Shown here: positions 1 through 13,267 of the stretch, piece after piece
How the letters are laid out: each line of letters starts with the position of its first letter
How positions within the stretch are numbered: the stretch's first letter is position 1
Made by a program: the position numbers and the translations under genes
The notes under the pieces: model-generated
Told to the model about the DNA's origin: nothing
Database searches by the model: none
What the model saw: only the letters and a program-made list of their open reading frames with translations
Assembly (NCBI RefSeq): GCF_963921235.1
Contig: NC_086097.1
Location: 117,306,001-117,370,000, forward strand
DNA: 64,000 nt
Direction of reading: 5' to 3'
From: Mobula hypostoma
Lineage: Eukaryota

Positions 1-360
1 ACATACATTACACTGGCAACTTTTTTTTTCTCCCTCCTTGTACTAAAATGAGCGATTGTGTGCGGCAGCGACCGAGCCCGGGAGGCCGACTCGGGGAGAC
101 TCGCACTATGGTTGTGCTCGGGGTCTATGTGATGTGATGAACAGAAAGTTGAACAGACCGCGGGGGAGATGGAGAGAGCCAAGTCAAATTCAATTGTAGA
201 ATTCCTTCATCAGCAGCGTGCCCGGGCGGGGGGAGGGGACTGGGTTTGAAACTAATACAGGACGGAGAAGCGGAGAATAACGCCAGTGGATGACGGGCTG
301 ACAATATTGTTCTGTTAGGATCTGAACTCTCTATAACATGCATTCAATCTACATTGGATT

Positions 361-1094
<734 letters not shown>

Positions 1095-1524
1095 TGAGCG
1101 AAACGATTGCGCTCCGGGCGCGCAAAAATACTTGTAAACTAGTAGAGTATATGGACAGACTTTACAGACACCATTCCATATCGATAGGTACCATAGTTAA
1201 CCGGGCAATTTTATCTAATCATTAACTTTCTTTCCCTGGCGCACGCCTCTCGATCACGAAGAAGAAACCTGCTTGGAGGTCCCTCTCATCGGCGCCTTTT
1301 TTTTCCAACTTCCCTCGCTCTGTTATAAAGCACTTTAAATCTGTTTGCAAACCACATTGTTCATCCAATATAGTATTGTGCAGCCGTATCATGCGCTGAT
1401 CTATTGGTGAATTCTTTAATTGGCCTCTGTCACCCGAGCATGGCCTTTATCGTGGTTGATAGCCTCTCATTCTCCCCTTCCCGCCGTGATCCCCGGGTTC
1501 AGACCGAACGGGAGGTGGGTGTGA

Positions 1525-1857
<333 letters not shown>

Positions 1858-2152
1858 TGAGCGGGTAGACAAAGCGGACGGCGTAAGCAAGCCTTTAACC
1901 TGGAGTGCAGAACAAACTCAAGCAGCAGCTGAGGAGAAAAATTGACCTTGTTTTGTTTTTTTTCTGCCACAGTTGCTGCCTGACTCGTTGTTTCCTCCAG
2001 CGGTTAGTGTTTTTTTTCTGCTCCAGATTCTAGTATCTGCAGGCTTTCGCGTCTTCTTGAGAGTGCAACAGATGCACTGACACAAGGGAAGGGACAGGGC
2101 TTCGTCCTGTTTACGGCTACGGGTGGTGCAAGCTAGTTTGATTTCAGAGTAA

Positions 2153-2425
2153 TACGCACAACATGCTGGAGGAACTGGGCAGGTCAGACAGCGTATGCCG
2201 TAGACCGATACCATTAACAAGGTGTCCGTGGACCCAGGTTGGGAACCCCAACAGGAGATAATAAAGATCCTACGTTCCACACAACAGTCCCGATGAAAGC
2301 TCTTGGCCCTAAGCGTCGGCTCTTTATTCCTCTCCATAGATGCTGCCTGACCAGCCGAGTTCCTCCAGTATTTTATGCGCGTGTTACTCTCGACTTTCAG
2401 CGTCTGCAGAATTTCCTGTGTTTAT
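2153..2425. mobile_element. Fold-back pair of Penelope-like element termini in CBLN2 intron 2, with a hAT MITE fragment in the left arm
   Basis: acaacatgctggaggaactgggcaggtcagacagc (~2158-2192) is inverted relative to gatgctgcctgaccagccgagttcctccagtattt (~2339-2373). Same sequence family as 27008-27225 and 33828-33930. gtccgtggacccaggttgggaacccc (~2224-2249) matches the right end of the MITE at 7344. Confidence 0.7.
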
Positions 2426-2496
2426 AATTTGCTTTCCGCCGGATCCGTGCAGCGGGGTGGGGGGTGGGGTTGGTGGTAGGGGGGAGGGGTGAATAG

Positions 2497-2781
<285 letters not shown>

Positions 2782-3118
2782 AGGATGAGCAACCCCCTTC
2801 CCTCCCCGTACAGAAGGGCAAATCGCCGTGTACATTCTCAATATTACGACGGAGCAAAACGATTCTTGAACCAAAATCACCTAACTGCCGCGTAGGGGCT
2901 GACCGGTTTCCTACCGATTAGAATAATTTATTTCAATACTGACAATTGCCTTGAGCAAATAGGTCGGATGGACTGCACTTATCAAGTGAATTTTTTGAAA
3001 AGGCCAAATTCTGGCTGGAAGATAGAAGATGGATTTTCTTCCGGGAGGATTACTGATGGGACGAGTCAAACCTTCGCGAACAACAGCGTATTGGCCAACT
3101 TCATGATCCAAACTGCAT

Positions 3119-3136
3119 AATAAAATATAAAATAAA
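3119..3136 (+). terminator. Candidate polyadenylation signals of CBLN2
   Basis: AATAAA at 3119-3124 and 3131-3136 followed by T/GT-rich sequence; another AATAAA at 3665-3670. Which is used cannot be determined from sequence. Confidence 0.45.
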
Positions 3137-6100
3137 GAAGTTAGGGTTTTGATTTAAATGTTCTAGCAATGCTTTCTTTCGTGTTCGTATATAGCCTTAA
3201 GTAAAGAACAAGTCCAAATTCAGTGGCGTGTTTTCTTTTGAGATTTGGGGAAATTCATGTATCTTTTCTGTGGGTGAGCTCGTTTTGAAGAAGTGCTTCA
3301 TTACAAATCTTTGCACGAATCGGACGCAGCTCTTGTTCCTTCTCTTTGTATTGTGGTCGGTGTTCTTTGACCGTTGGGTGCTGGCAGAATAACCTATAGA
3401 CTAATGACAACAAGACTCACAAACGGATGGTTATAATAAATGGACCCAATTATTTATTGATGTGCTTTTTTTTCATCTGTCAATCAATTCTCTGGCGCGC
3501 ACGCAGTTATCTCTCCACACAGAAGCAACAAGAGTTTAGCAGTGTTTGTTCGTGTCAATATGCATTCCCCCTTGCCGCATACACAGTGACCAATGTGACT
3601 ACAGAGTGGTTGGTTGTCATCCCTTGGGTCAAAACCAAGTGAGCTTTCTTTTCGTTCGGGTTTAAATAAAACATCACAAAATGAATCAATTCTCCTTCTA
3701 TTCTGACCCAAGTTGTGGTGTACTAATGCATTTTTTTTTACGTTTAGCAGTTGATGAGAATTTGTAACCCTTTCTATCCAATACACGCGGTGGCCGAGAA
3801 CATGATTAGTGCAGAGACCAATCTAATGTAATTAAATATTAAATTTCAAAACATATCAACTGCCAAGTGTTTAATCACCCGAGTAAGAACACGCAATTAA
3901 CTGAATCATCCCCCGTCCATTAGCTAGAATGATTGGTGGCAAAGACTATCGATTTCTCGTGTCCACGCATCGAGAAGAATATACTGTTAGGTCAACTCGA
4001 CTAATGCTTTACCTGGCGGCTATTCCCTTAATCAATGCAATGCTTGCCGTGGATAAAGAGTGAGAACAACATTTGCTGCCGAATGCGCGATGCCTCGCTC
4101 GGGAATAAATCGTGCCTCATCACTATGATTTCTAAATTGAGATACACTACTCCGCTCCTTGGTCTGAATGGAAAGCGACTCATAGAGTTCAGAGTTCACT
4201 TCTATATTTTTAACGATACTGTGGTAAATTCAATACATTTCGGCTTATCCGAATCTAAGAAAATACCTAACAGATTTAGGTTTATAGTAGTTTGCAAACA
4301 AAAGGCGAGCAATAATCATTGAGTGGCAGATTTCCGTGGAGATCGAAGAGAGCCGAATTGTTTTACAGAAGGTTATATCTTGTTGTGCTATGTTAATACC
4401 TCAAGGCCGACAAACTATGGAGCACCATTTCCGTTTCCTAACATAACCTTATCGCTTCTCATCGCGGGATTGGATGTGAAGTGATTTCTCCGGTTACTGT
4501 ACTCTAATACCAGACATATTTACATGAATGAAAAAAGAACTGGGTAATTAATATGTAAATATGTGTACGCTGTACCGATTGGAGCCATTATCCAGAAAGT
4601 CACTCATATTTCGCTTTACAACTTAACACAGTCAAATATTTTTGCTTTGAAAATAGCCATATTCTATACTCCTTAAATTACTTTCCAGTATCTCAGCGTG
4701 AGACATTTCCTTGAAGTTAAAACGCACTTATATCACCAGCTGAATGTTAAAATGACAAACTTAACTTGATCATTTAGTATTTATCAGTTGACAGGGTGTT
4801 GCTTAACTGTTGGGAAATTATTAATCAACTCTACTAAAATGTCTTTCTTTTAATCTTCTGCTATTTGGCTATATATCTACTGCTATGTCCAACATTGAAT
4901 TATTTAGATGGGGGAGTGAGCTTTTTGGAAATGAAATATTGATGCCAAGTGTGTTTCCAGAAATAGAATTTACAAAAGTGATGAAATTAATGTATTGTTT
5001 AATTCTCCCTGGCGACTTCCATACCCACATTTGTCCAATGCTTCTTGCCTCCATTTTCCTTTTTTTTCACAATTTGGCTACAAGACTAAAATAAATGATT
5101 TAAAGCATCGATTCTTGATCTAATGCCTGTTTAAAATAAACAGCCCAGGCATTATCTCATTCAACAAGGATAGATATATGATGTTTTGGATGCCACGAAA
5201 ACACCTTAACGTTTACAACCAATCAGTATTTGAAAATAAACGCTTCCCCTGTTAGCTCAAGGAACTGATCAGTACTGCATTTCCACAATGTTCCTCCCTT
5301 TCTATTAAATTGGTCACACATATTAGATACTCATTCTGGTCGGATGAGTGGTATAGCTTCATGCGAAAGCTTGCACGTTGTACTGATTTAGGGCCATTAT
5401 TCAGAGAGTCACTATCACATTTTGCTTCAGAACTTAACACGGTCTGAAAAGAGTTATATTTCTGTGCCCCTTTAAATTGTTTTCCTGTGTATGACATTCC
5501 CCAATATAATCTGATGCATAATAATTCCCTGAGACTGATAGTTCTGGGTGGTGCGTTTATGAGTTTGAATGTATTCTAATGTGCGTGCATAGGATAAAAC
5601 TCGCTCGAATGTCAGACAGAATACACAGATGAAATCACGTTGCTGTTGTTCTGAATTTCTTAATATTAACAGGCCATTGCATCAATGTAAAACATTAATT
5701 ATGTGGCAGGGGAGATATATTTCCTGAACGATCAACCACTGATTTACATTTTGGTTACAGGTCCTGAAAATTTATACTATGAAAATAAAATGCTGGTTTA
5801 GTCCAATAATCTTGGTGGAACAGAACTTTGCATTATTGAATAATAGAGAAAACTTGCAAAATCTGCCCAAAAATTACTTTTTTTCCCAACTTATCTGAAA
5901 TATTCTGTGGACCCAGAAGAGATCTTTTAGTTCTGTGGTTATAGCTCTGATCTTCAATACACATTTCTTACCGAGTCAATCCTACATTTGAATGGTTCCC
6001 AGCAATAATGCGCTCAGTGGGGTGTCTCTCATGCAACCCGGGCCCTGGCAGTTCTTGCAGATATGCTGTTGCCAACACAGAGTTTATAACAAACAGTTCA

Positions 6101-7343
6101 ACATATAGGTTACATTTCAGAGCAGAGCAGAGAAAAACGATCCTCCTAAAAGTTATAATGAAATATTACAAATATTAATATTGGAAGCTGGAAGCAATTA
6201 CAATACTAAATCTAAATATTTTAAATGTTATGTTTTTAGTGATGCCTTTTGTGTCAGCCTGTGAAATACACAATTTCTATTTCACACAGTCACTGCTGAG
6301 TTTAAGTAACAACAGTTAAATAATGAAGTTCCATTTTCTCCAATAATTCCAAACCAAACTTTGAATAAAGCCACACCTCATGGATCTCAAGTAGACCCAT
6401 CAGCAGGTAACTCCATGCTGTCTTTCGGATATAGTATAAAGGAAAGTCCTAATGCAAGTCAGGTGAATAATTTGATAAAGGAAGTTGAAGAATATTATAT
6501 AGTAGTCTAATGATATATACCTTTTAAACAGGCCTTCCACCTAATTAAACAAAATGAAATATACTCCCTTCCACTCCGAATGGTTTTGAAAAAGCTATTT
6601 CAGTACTGTATGATTTCACTTTTTGAGATGCCACTCAGAAATCTGATTTTATCCACAGGTCATTCTGTCTTTCTGACTCCCTCCAGATGTTACAATGTTG
6701 GGTGGTATTTCACTGCTGAGTAATTCAACTCTCTGTTTATAAATATTATTACACCGAATGAAATTATGACAACCATATTTCACCCATTTCTTATTAAATC
6801 TCAATTTCTTATCTACACTTGTACCAAATTATATTTTTTCTTTGCTTTCATTTCATTTATTATAATCCATCAGATGCTATTTGATGCTCCATAGTCATCA
6901 GACACTTATTAATAGTTTTACTCATATAAAGCAGGTACTTTGCTTAATGGAACCATGTTTGTTGACTATAACATATGCTTTGATAATTTTACTAAAGAGT
7001 GTGTAACTAAGAAAGAGTATTCCTGTATACACCCAATAACCACTTTATTAGGCAATTCCTGTACCTAATGAAGTTGCCACTGGGTGGAGGTTTGTGGTAT
7101 TCTGCTGCTGTAGCCCATCCACTTCAAAGTTCAATGTGTTGTATGTTCAAAGATGTTTTTTTGCTCACCATTGTTTGAAAACAAAGTTATTTGTGTTATT
7201 GTTGGCTTCCTGTCAGCTTGAACCAGTCTGGCCATTTGCCTCTGACCTCTTTCATTAACAATGTGCTTTTGCCCACAGAACTGCCACTCACTGTGTGTGT
7301 TTTTTTATTTAGTTTTTCACACCTTTCACTGCAAATTCTAGAG

Positions 7344-7423
7344 CAGGGGTTCCCAACCTTTTTTAGGCCATGGATCAACACCACTAAACCAGGGGTCGGT
7401 GGACCCCACAATGGGAAATCCTG
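7344..7423. mobile_element. 80-bp hAT (Charlie-like) MITE
   Basis: Termini CAGGGGTTCCCA...TGGGAAATCCTG; 8-bp flanks TTCTAGAG (7336-7343) and ATCTAGAG (7424-7431), the NTCTAGAN-type hAT target duplication. Confidence 0.85.
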
Positions 7424-8425
7424 ATCTAGAGACTGTGTGAAAATCCTAGATCAGCTGTTTATGAGATGCTCAAACCACCACATCTAACACCAACAACACT
7501 GGACAACAAAGATTTTGCTACCTGTATATTTCTGGGTGTATCTTGTGGATTCTGGCCTGCTGTTCATGAAAATCACCATGAAATTTTCTTATCACCCACC
7601 ATTTAAAACATATTAGTTATATTTGTTATTTCAATTATAATTCAAGTCAATTAAAATGTTGCCCACAATGTAAGCTGAAAAGTTTTCTATCCTGTCCAGG
7701 CATGCTTAAGGCAGGGTGGATGCTGCATGGCAGGACAGGGTTTAGAAAGGCTATGAAAGCATCAGGCACACACTGTTCTATGTATTGTGTTTACATGTAT
7801 ATCAGTTTGTGATCACGTTAATGGGCATGCTCCACACATATAGCGTACGCATTATAATAAAGTAATTGCATTTCAGGAGTATTTATGATAGCAAAATGTC
7901 TTGCCAAAGTTCCAACAGCCACTATACTTTCAGTCATATTTGTGGTGAGTATATCCTTAAATCTCAAAGATGGAGCATGACACCTCTTATTAAGAAAGCC
8001 TACGAGCTCTACTTTGGGTGTGAAATTGATGGCCAAGACAAAGCCTCGGCTACTCACATGTGTTGCACAACATGCTCTGTCGATCTGAGACCTTGGCTCA
8101 GGGTACTCGGGAGTCAATGCTGTTTGCTGTCCTGATGATATGGAGAGGGCAGAAGGATCCTGCGATAGACTGCTACTTTTCTGTCTGAACAGTGTGTCTG
8201 TGTAACGCCCTGGTTTACATTTTTACTGTTATGCTGCAGGTATTTCATTTTAGCAGTGCTGTAAGAGCAGCCTGTCCTGCTTTCAGCATGTTTAGATTTG
8301 AGCTGAGATAGGGGGCTTGATTTTCAACTCAGGAATGAGCTGTCAGCCAATCAGGGTAGTGGAATTTGGAGAAGGTTCTGGAGAACGATGGGCTGAAGGT
8401 ATTGATTGGTGGGACCTGGGAGAAA

Positions 8426-11400
8426 TGTCATAATGGGGGGGCATTGGGGGGTGGACCCAAATGCGAGGCACAGACACTGAAGTACAAGGAACAGGACTAG
8501 GTTAGTCAAGAAAGCAAGGGAAGTGAGGAGGAAAGGACGCTGGACATGACACAGGCCCTGGATGAGACAAGGATACAGGGCCTGGGCTAGGACTTGACTA
8601 GGGTAGCGGAACCAGGACATGGAACTTGGAACTAGGAGCCTGGGATTGGACTGCAAGCCAGAGACTGGACAAGGACCCCAAACCTGGGTCTTGACTTGGG
8701 TTCAGACCCCGGATTTAGGCAAAGACATGATGAGGCCTGGGTGCCTTGAGGCAAGGGCATGACAAAGCTTGAGTGCCTCGAGGTGAGGACACGACTAAGC
8801 TTGGGTGCCTCAGGGCGAGGGTACTTCGAGGCTTGGGTATGGACTCCGAGCCAGAGACTGGGCAAGGACTCAGAACCTGGGACTTGACTCGGGCTCGGAC
8901 TCCAGAACTAGGTGAGGACAAGACATGGCTACAGGACGAGGAGAGGCAACAGGACTGGATGTGAGACTCCAGGACAGGACAAAGGAACCCCAGCACAAGA
9001 TGAGGGAACCCCAGCATCGAGCTGGGTAAGGTACTCCTGGGCTGGGCAAGACACATGGACAAGACGAGAACACAAAGCCATGGCTTGGACAGGACAACGT
9101 TCTTGGATCATGGCTAGGACTGGACGAGACCCCGAAGCCTTGACTAGGTCGAGGGAGAGACAGGAATGCAGAGCCTTGGTCAAGGAAGAGACTAGGAACA
9201 TGGAACACAGAGCTGGGACCCCTCCTTGGAAACAGGACGTAGGGCCGGGACTCATATACAGAACACAGAGACAGTTCTCCACTCAAGGTAGCGTCAAATG
9301 GCTGGACCTACCTAGCGAAGGCGTGGACACAAGACAGATCCCAACACTGGGTAGCGGCTAACGGCCAGACCTACGTAGTCAAGGTGAGGACACAGAGACA
9401 GTTCAAGACAACGATAGACAGTTCTTTATCTTGCTCCGGTGATTGAACTAGACAGCGGTGCAGGCAAGGCAAGGCTTCAGACGAGGCAACAGAAGGAAGG
9501 GGAAGGGAAGGGATTCAGACAGGAGGTATGGACAGGAAGAACACAGCAGCCAGAGGCTAAATCATGAAGGTATGTATGAAGCCAACCCAAATGAGAATTA
9601 GATGCCTCAATAGAAACTGGGGAAAACTGGAAAAGCTGGAATAAGGAACCAGGACTGGACTGTGAACCACAATGTAGATTTCATGGACCGGACCATGACA
9701 GTACCCTATGTTCTATGATAGCCTCCTGGCGACACAAAAGGCTTCCCCAGACTATGAACAACACGGGCGGGTGGGAATGCATTCAACAGGAGAGAACACA
9801 GGATCGAGAGAGTTAAACGACAGTGTCTGTGTCGCTGGGTCCAAGTCAGGCTGGACTGTTCTGTCATAATGGGGGGCGTTGGGGGGTGGACCCAAATGCG
9901 AGGCACAGACATTGAAGTACAAGGAACAGGACTAGGTTAGTCAAGAAAGCAAGGGAAGTGGGGAAGAAAGGACGCTGGACATGACACAGGCCCTGGACGA
10001 GACAAGGATACAGAGCCTGGGCTAGGACTTGACTAGAATAGTGGAACCAGGACATGGGACTTGGAAGTAGGAACCTGGACTTAGACTCCGAGCCAGAGAA
10101 TGGACAAGGACCCAAAACCCGTGTCTTGACTCGGGCTCGGACCCCAGAACTTGGCGAAGGCATGATGAGGCTTGAGTGCCTCAGGGCGAGGGTACTTCGA
10201 GGCTTGGGTATGGACCCCGAGCCAGAGACTGAGCAAGGACCCAGAACCTGGGACTTGACTCGAGCTCAGACTCCAGAACTAGGCGAGGACAAGACGTGGC
10301 TACAAGACGAGGAGAGGCAACAGGACTGGACATGAGACTCCTGGACAGGACAAAGGAACCCCAGCACTGGGCTGAACAAGGTGCTCCTGGACTGGGTGAG
10401 ACACATGGACAGGACAAGAACACAAAGCCATGGCTTGGACAGGACAAGGTTCTTGGATCATGGCTAGGACTGGACGAGACCCTGAAGCCTTGACTAGGTC
10501 GAGGAAGAGACAGGAATGCAGAACCTTGGTCAAGGAAGAGACAGGAACATGGAACACAGAGCCAGGACCCCTCCTTGGAAACAGGACGTAGGGCTGGGAC
10601 TCATACACAGAACACAGAGACAGTTCTCCACTCAAGGTAGCGGCAAACGGCCGGACATAACTAGCGAAGGTGTGGAATAAAATGGTTCCCTACACTAGGT
10701 AGCGGCAAATGGCTGGACCTACCTTGCAAAAGCGTGAACACAAGACAGATCCCAACACTAGGTAGTGGTAAATGGCCAGACCTACCTAGTGAAGGCATGG
10801 ACACAGAGACAGTTCAAAACAACAATAGACAGTTCCTTATCTTGCTCCGGCGATTGAACTAGACAGTGGTGCAGGCGAGGTTTACAGGCGAGGCAATGAA
10901 ACAGAAGGAAGGGGAAGGGAAGGGATTTGGACAGGAACACTCCAGCATCCAGATGCTGAATCCTGAAGGTATTTATGAAGCCAGCCCAAACGAGAATTAG
11001 CTGCCTCAACAGAAACTGGGAAAAAAACAGAAAACCTGGAATAAGGAACATGGACCAGACCGTGAACCGGAATGCGGATTTCTTGGACCGGACCATGATA
11101 GTATACCCTGCTCTATGGAGGCCTCCTGGCGACCCAAAAGGCTTCCCCAGACTATGGACAACATGGGCGGCTGGGGGGTGGTGCATTCAACAGGAGAGAA
11201 CCCAGGAAAGTGATAGTTAAGTGACAGTGTCTGTGTCACTGGGTCGAAGTCTGGCTGGACTGTTCTGTCATAATGGGGGGCGTTGGGGGGTGGACCCAAA
11301 TGCGAGGCACAGACATTGAAGTACAAGGACCAGGACTAGGTGTGTCAAGAAAGCAAGGGAAGTGGGGAAGAAAGGACGCTGGACATGACACAGGCCCTGG

Positions 11401-12569
11401 ACGAGACAAGGATACAGAGCCTGGGCTAGGGCTTGACTCGGATAGCAGAACCAGGACACGGAACTTGGAAGTAGGAGCCTGGGCTTGGACTCTGAGCCAG
11501 AGACTGGACAAGGACCCGCAACCTGGGTCTTGACTCAGGCTCGGACCCCGGATCTAGGCGAAGACATGACAAGGTTTGGGTGCCTCGTGGCAAGGACATG
11601 ACAAAGCTTGGGTGCCTCAAAGCGAGGACACGACAGGGCTTGGGTGCCTCAAAGCGAGGACACGACTGGGCTTGGGTGCCTCAAAGCGAGGGTACTTCGA
11701 GGCTTAGGTAGGACTCCGTGCCAGAGACTGAGCAAGGACCCAGAACCTGAGACTTGACTTGGGCTCGGACTCCAGAACTAGGCGAGGACAAGATGTGGCT
11801 ACAGGACGAGGAGGGGCAACAGGAGTAGATGTGAGACTCCTGGACAGGACAAGGGAACCCCAGCACCAGGCTGGGCAAGGTACGCTGGGCTGGGCGAGAC
11901 ATATGGACAAGACGAGAACACAAAGCCATGGCTTGGATAGGACAAGGTTCTTGGATCATAGCTAGGACTGGATGAGACCCCGAAGCCTTGACTAGGTTGA
12001 CTGAGAGACAGGAACGTACAGCCTTGGTCAAGGGAGAGACAGGAACATGGAACACAGAGCTGGGATGCCTCCTTGGAAACAGGACATAGGACAGGTCTCA
12101 TATACAGAACACAGAGACAGTTCTCCACTCAAGGTAGCGGCAAACAGCCAGATCTACCTCGCAAAGGCGTGGACACAAGACAGATCCCAACACTGGCTAG
12201 CGGCAAACAGCCAGACCTACGTAGTGATGGCATAGACACAGAGACAGTTCAAAACAATGATAGACAGTTCCTTATCTTGCACCAGCGATTGAACTAGACA
12301 GCAGTGCAGGTGAGGGTTACAGGCGAGGCAAGGCTGCAGACGAGGCAAGGTGACAGAAGGAAGAGGAGGGAAAGGGAAGGGATTCAAACGGGAGATATGG
12401 ACAGGAACAGTCCAGCAGCCAGAGGCTGAATCATGAAGGTATTTATGAAGCCAGACCAAATGAGAATCAGGTGCCTCAACGGAAACTGGGGAAAACCAGA
12501 AAAGCTGGAATAAGGAAAATGGACCGGACCATGAACCAGAATGCGGATTTCACGGACAGGACCATGACA
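8426..12569 (-). mobile_element. Non-coding triple-LTR retroelement (LTR-spacer-LTR-spacer-LTR), Tf1/sushi-like
   Basis: Three homologous TGTCAT...ATGA(C/T)A units (8426-9700, 9862-11100, 11266-12569) and two homologous spacers (9701-9861, 11101-11265). 5-bp flanks AGAAA / AGAAG. The host LTR text resumes after 12574. Confidence 0.9.
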
Positions 12570-13147
12570 AGAAGAATGGGAAAAGATGGCTGAGGATGCC
12601 ATCTCTGTTGCACAAGATGATTTGTTCAAATAAATGGCTTCAAGAAGTGAGACTCCATACTCCCGTAGGAGACCTGTATGTTCGAGATGGATTTCAAGTG
12701 ACATTTGGAAGGTGGTGTGTGCTTTCATGCAGACAGAGGGTCCAGCACATGAGTGACAGTCAAGTTCAAGATGAGCTCCAATTTAAGTGCACATTTGAAT
12801 CTTAGATTAATTGGCCCTTTTGTGTTTTTACTTTCTTTCTTTACATCACTGTTTGCTTGAACTAACATTCTTAACTATACTTCTTTATAATTGTATGCAG
12901 TTTACAATCTGTTATTTCTTACCATGGGCAGTAACTCACACAGCATTCACCCAAACCGGGGTTTGGGTGGGTGAGACATCTCAGCTTCATGGGTTTGGTA
13001 GGACTAAAGCTGTATACACCTTCAATGTATACTAGATGTACAAAGCCAAAGAAAAGCGGGTTTATTGCCACGGAATCCAGTGGCTGTTAGGCAAGAGGCT
13101 AACAAGCCTGTTTTTCAGAGATGCCCAGTATAAGGGGATTTCATTTG

Positions 13148-13165
13148 TGGGGGCTTATCCGGGAT
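13148..13165 (+). promoter_or_regulatory. tRNA-Pro primer binding site
   Basis: TGGGGGCTTATCCGGGAT, 16/18 match to the canonical tRNA-Pro PBS TGGGGGCTCGTCCGGGAT, 4 nt after the 5' LTR's terminal CA. Confidence 0.88.
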
Positions 13166-13267
13166 TGAGTTTGCTGGATGCCGTGTGATAGCCCTGAGCA
13201 TTGATCAAGCGGGTGTGTTTAACCCTGTGTTAAACTATTGTCCGGGAAAGTGATTAAGGTAATGGTT

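Noticed and set aside
8351..12459. Many short overlapping ORFs in the 1.4-kb-period repeat
   Set aside because: Frames are not conserved among the three LTR copies and no protein motif is recognisable.
8426..12569. Simple satellite or assembly duplication
   Set aside because: The unit count is 3 LTRs plus 2 spacers with TG..CA ends, outer TSD-like flanks and substantial divergence between copies.
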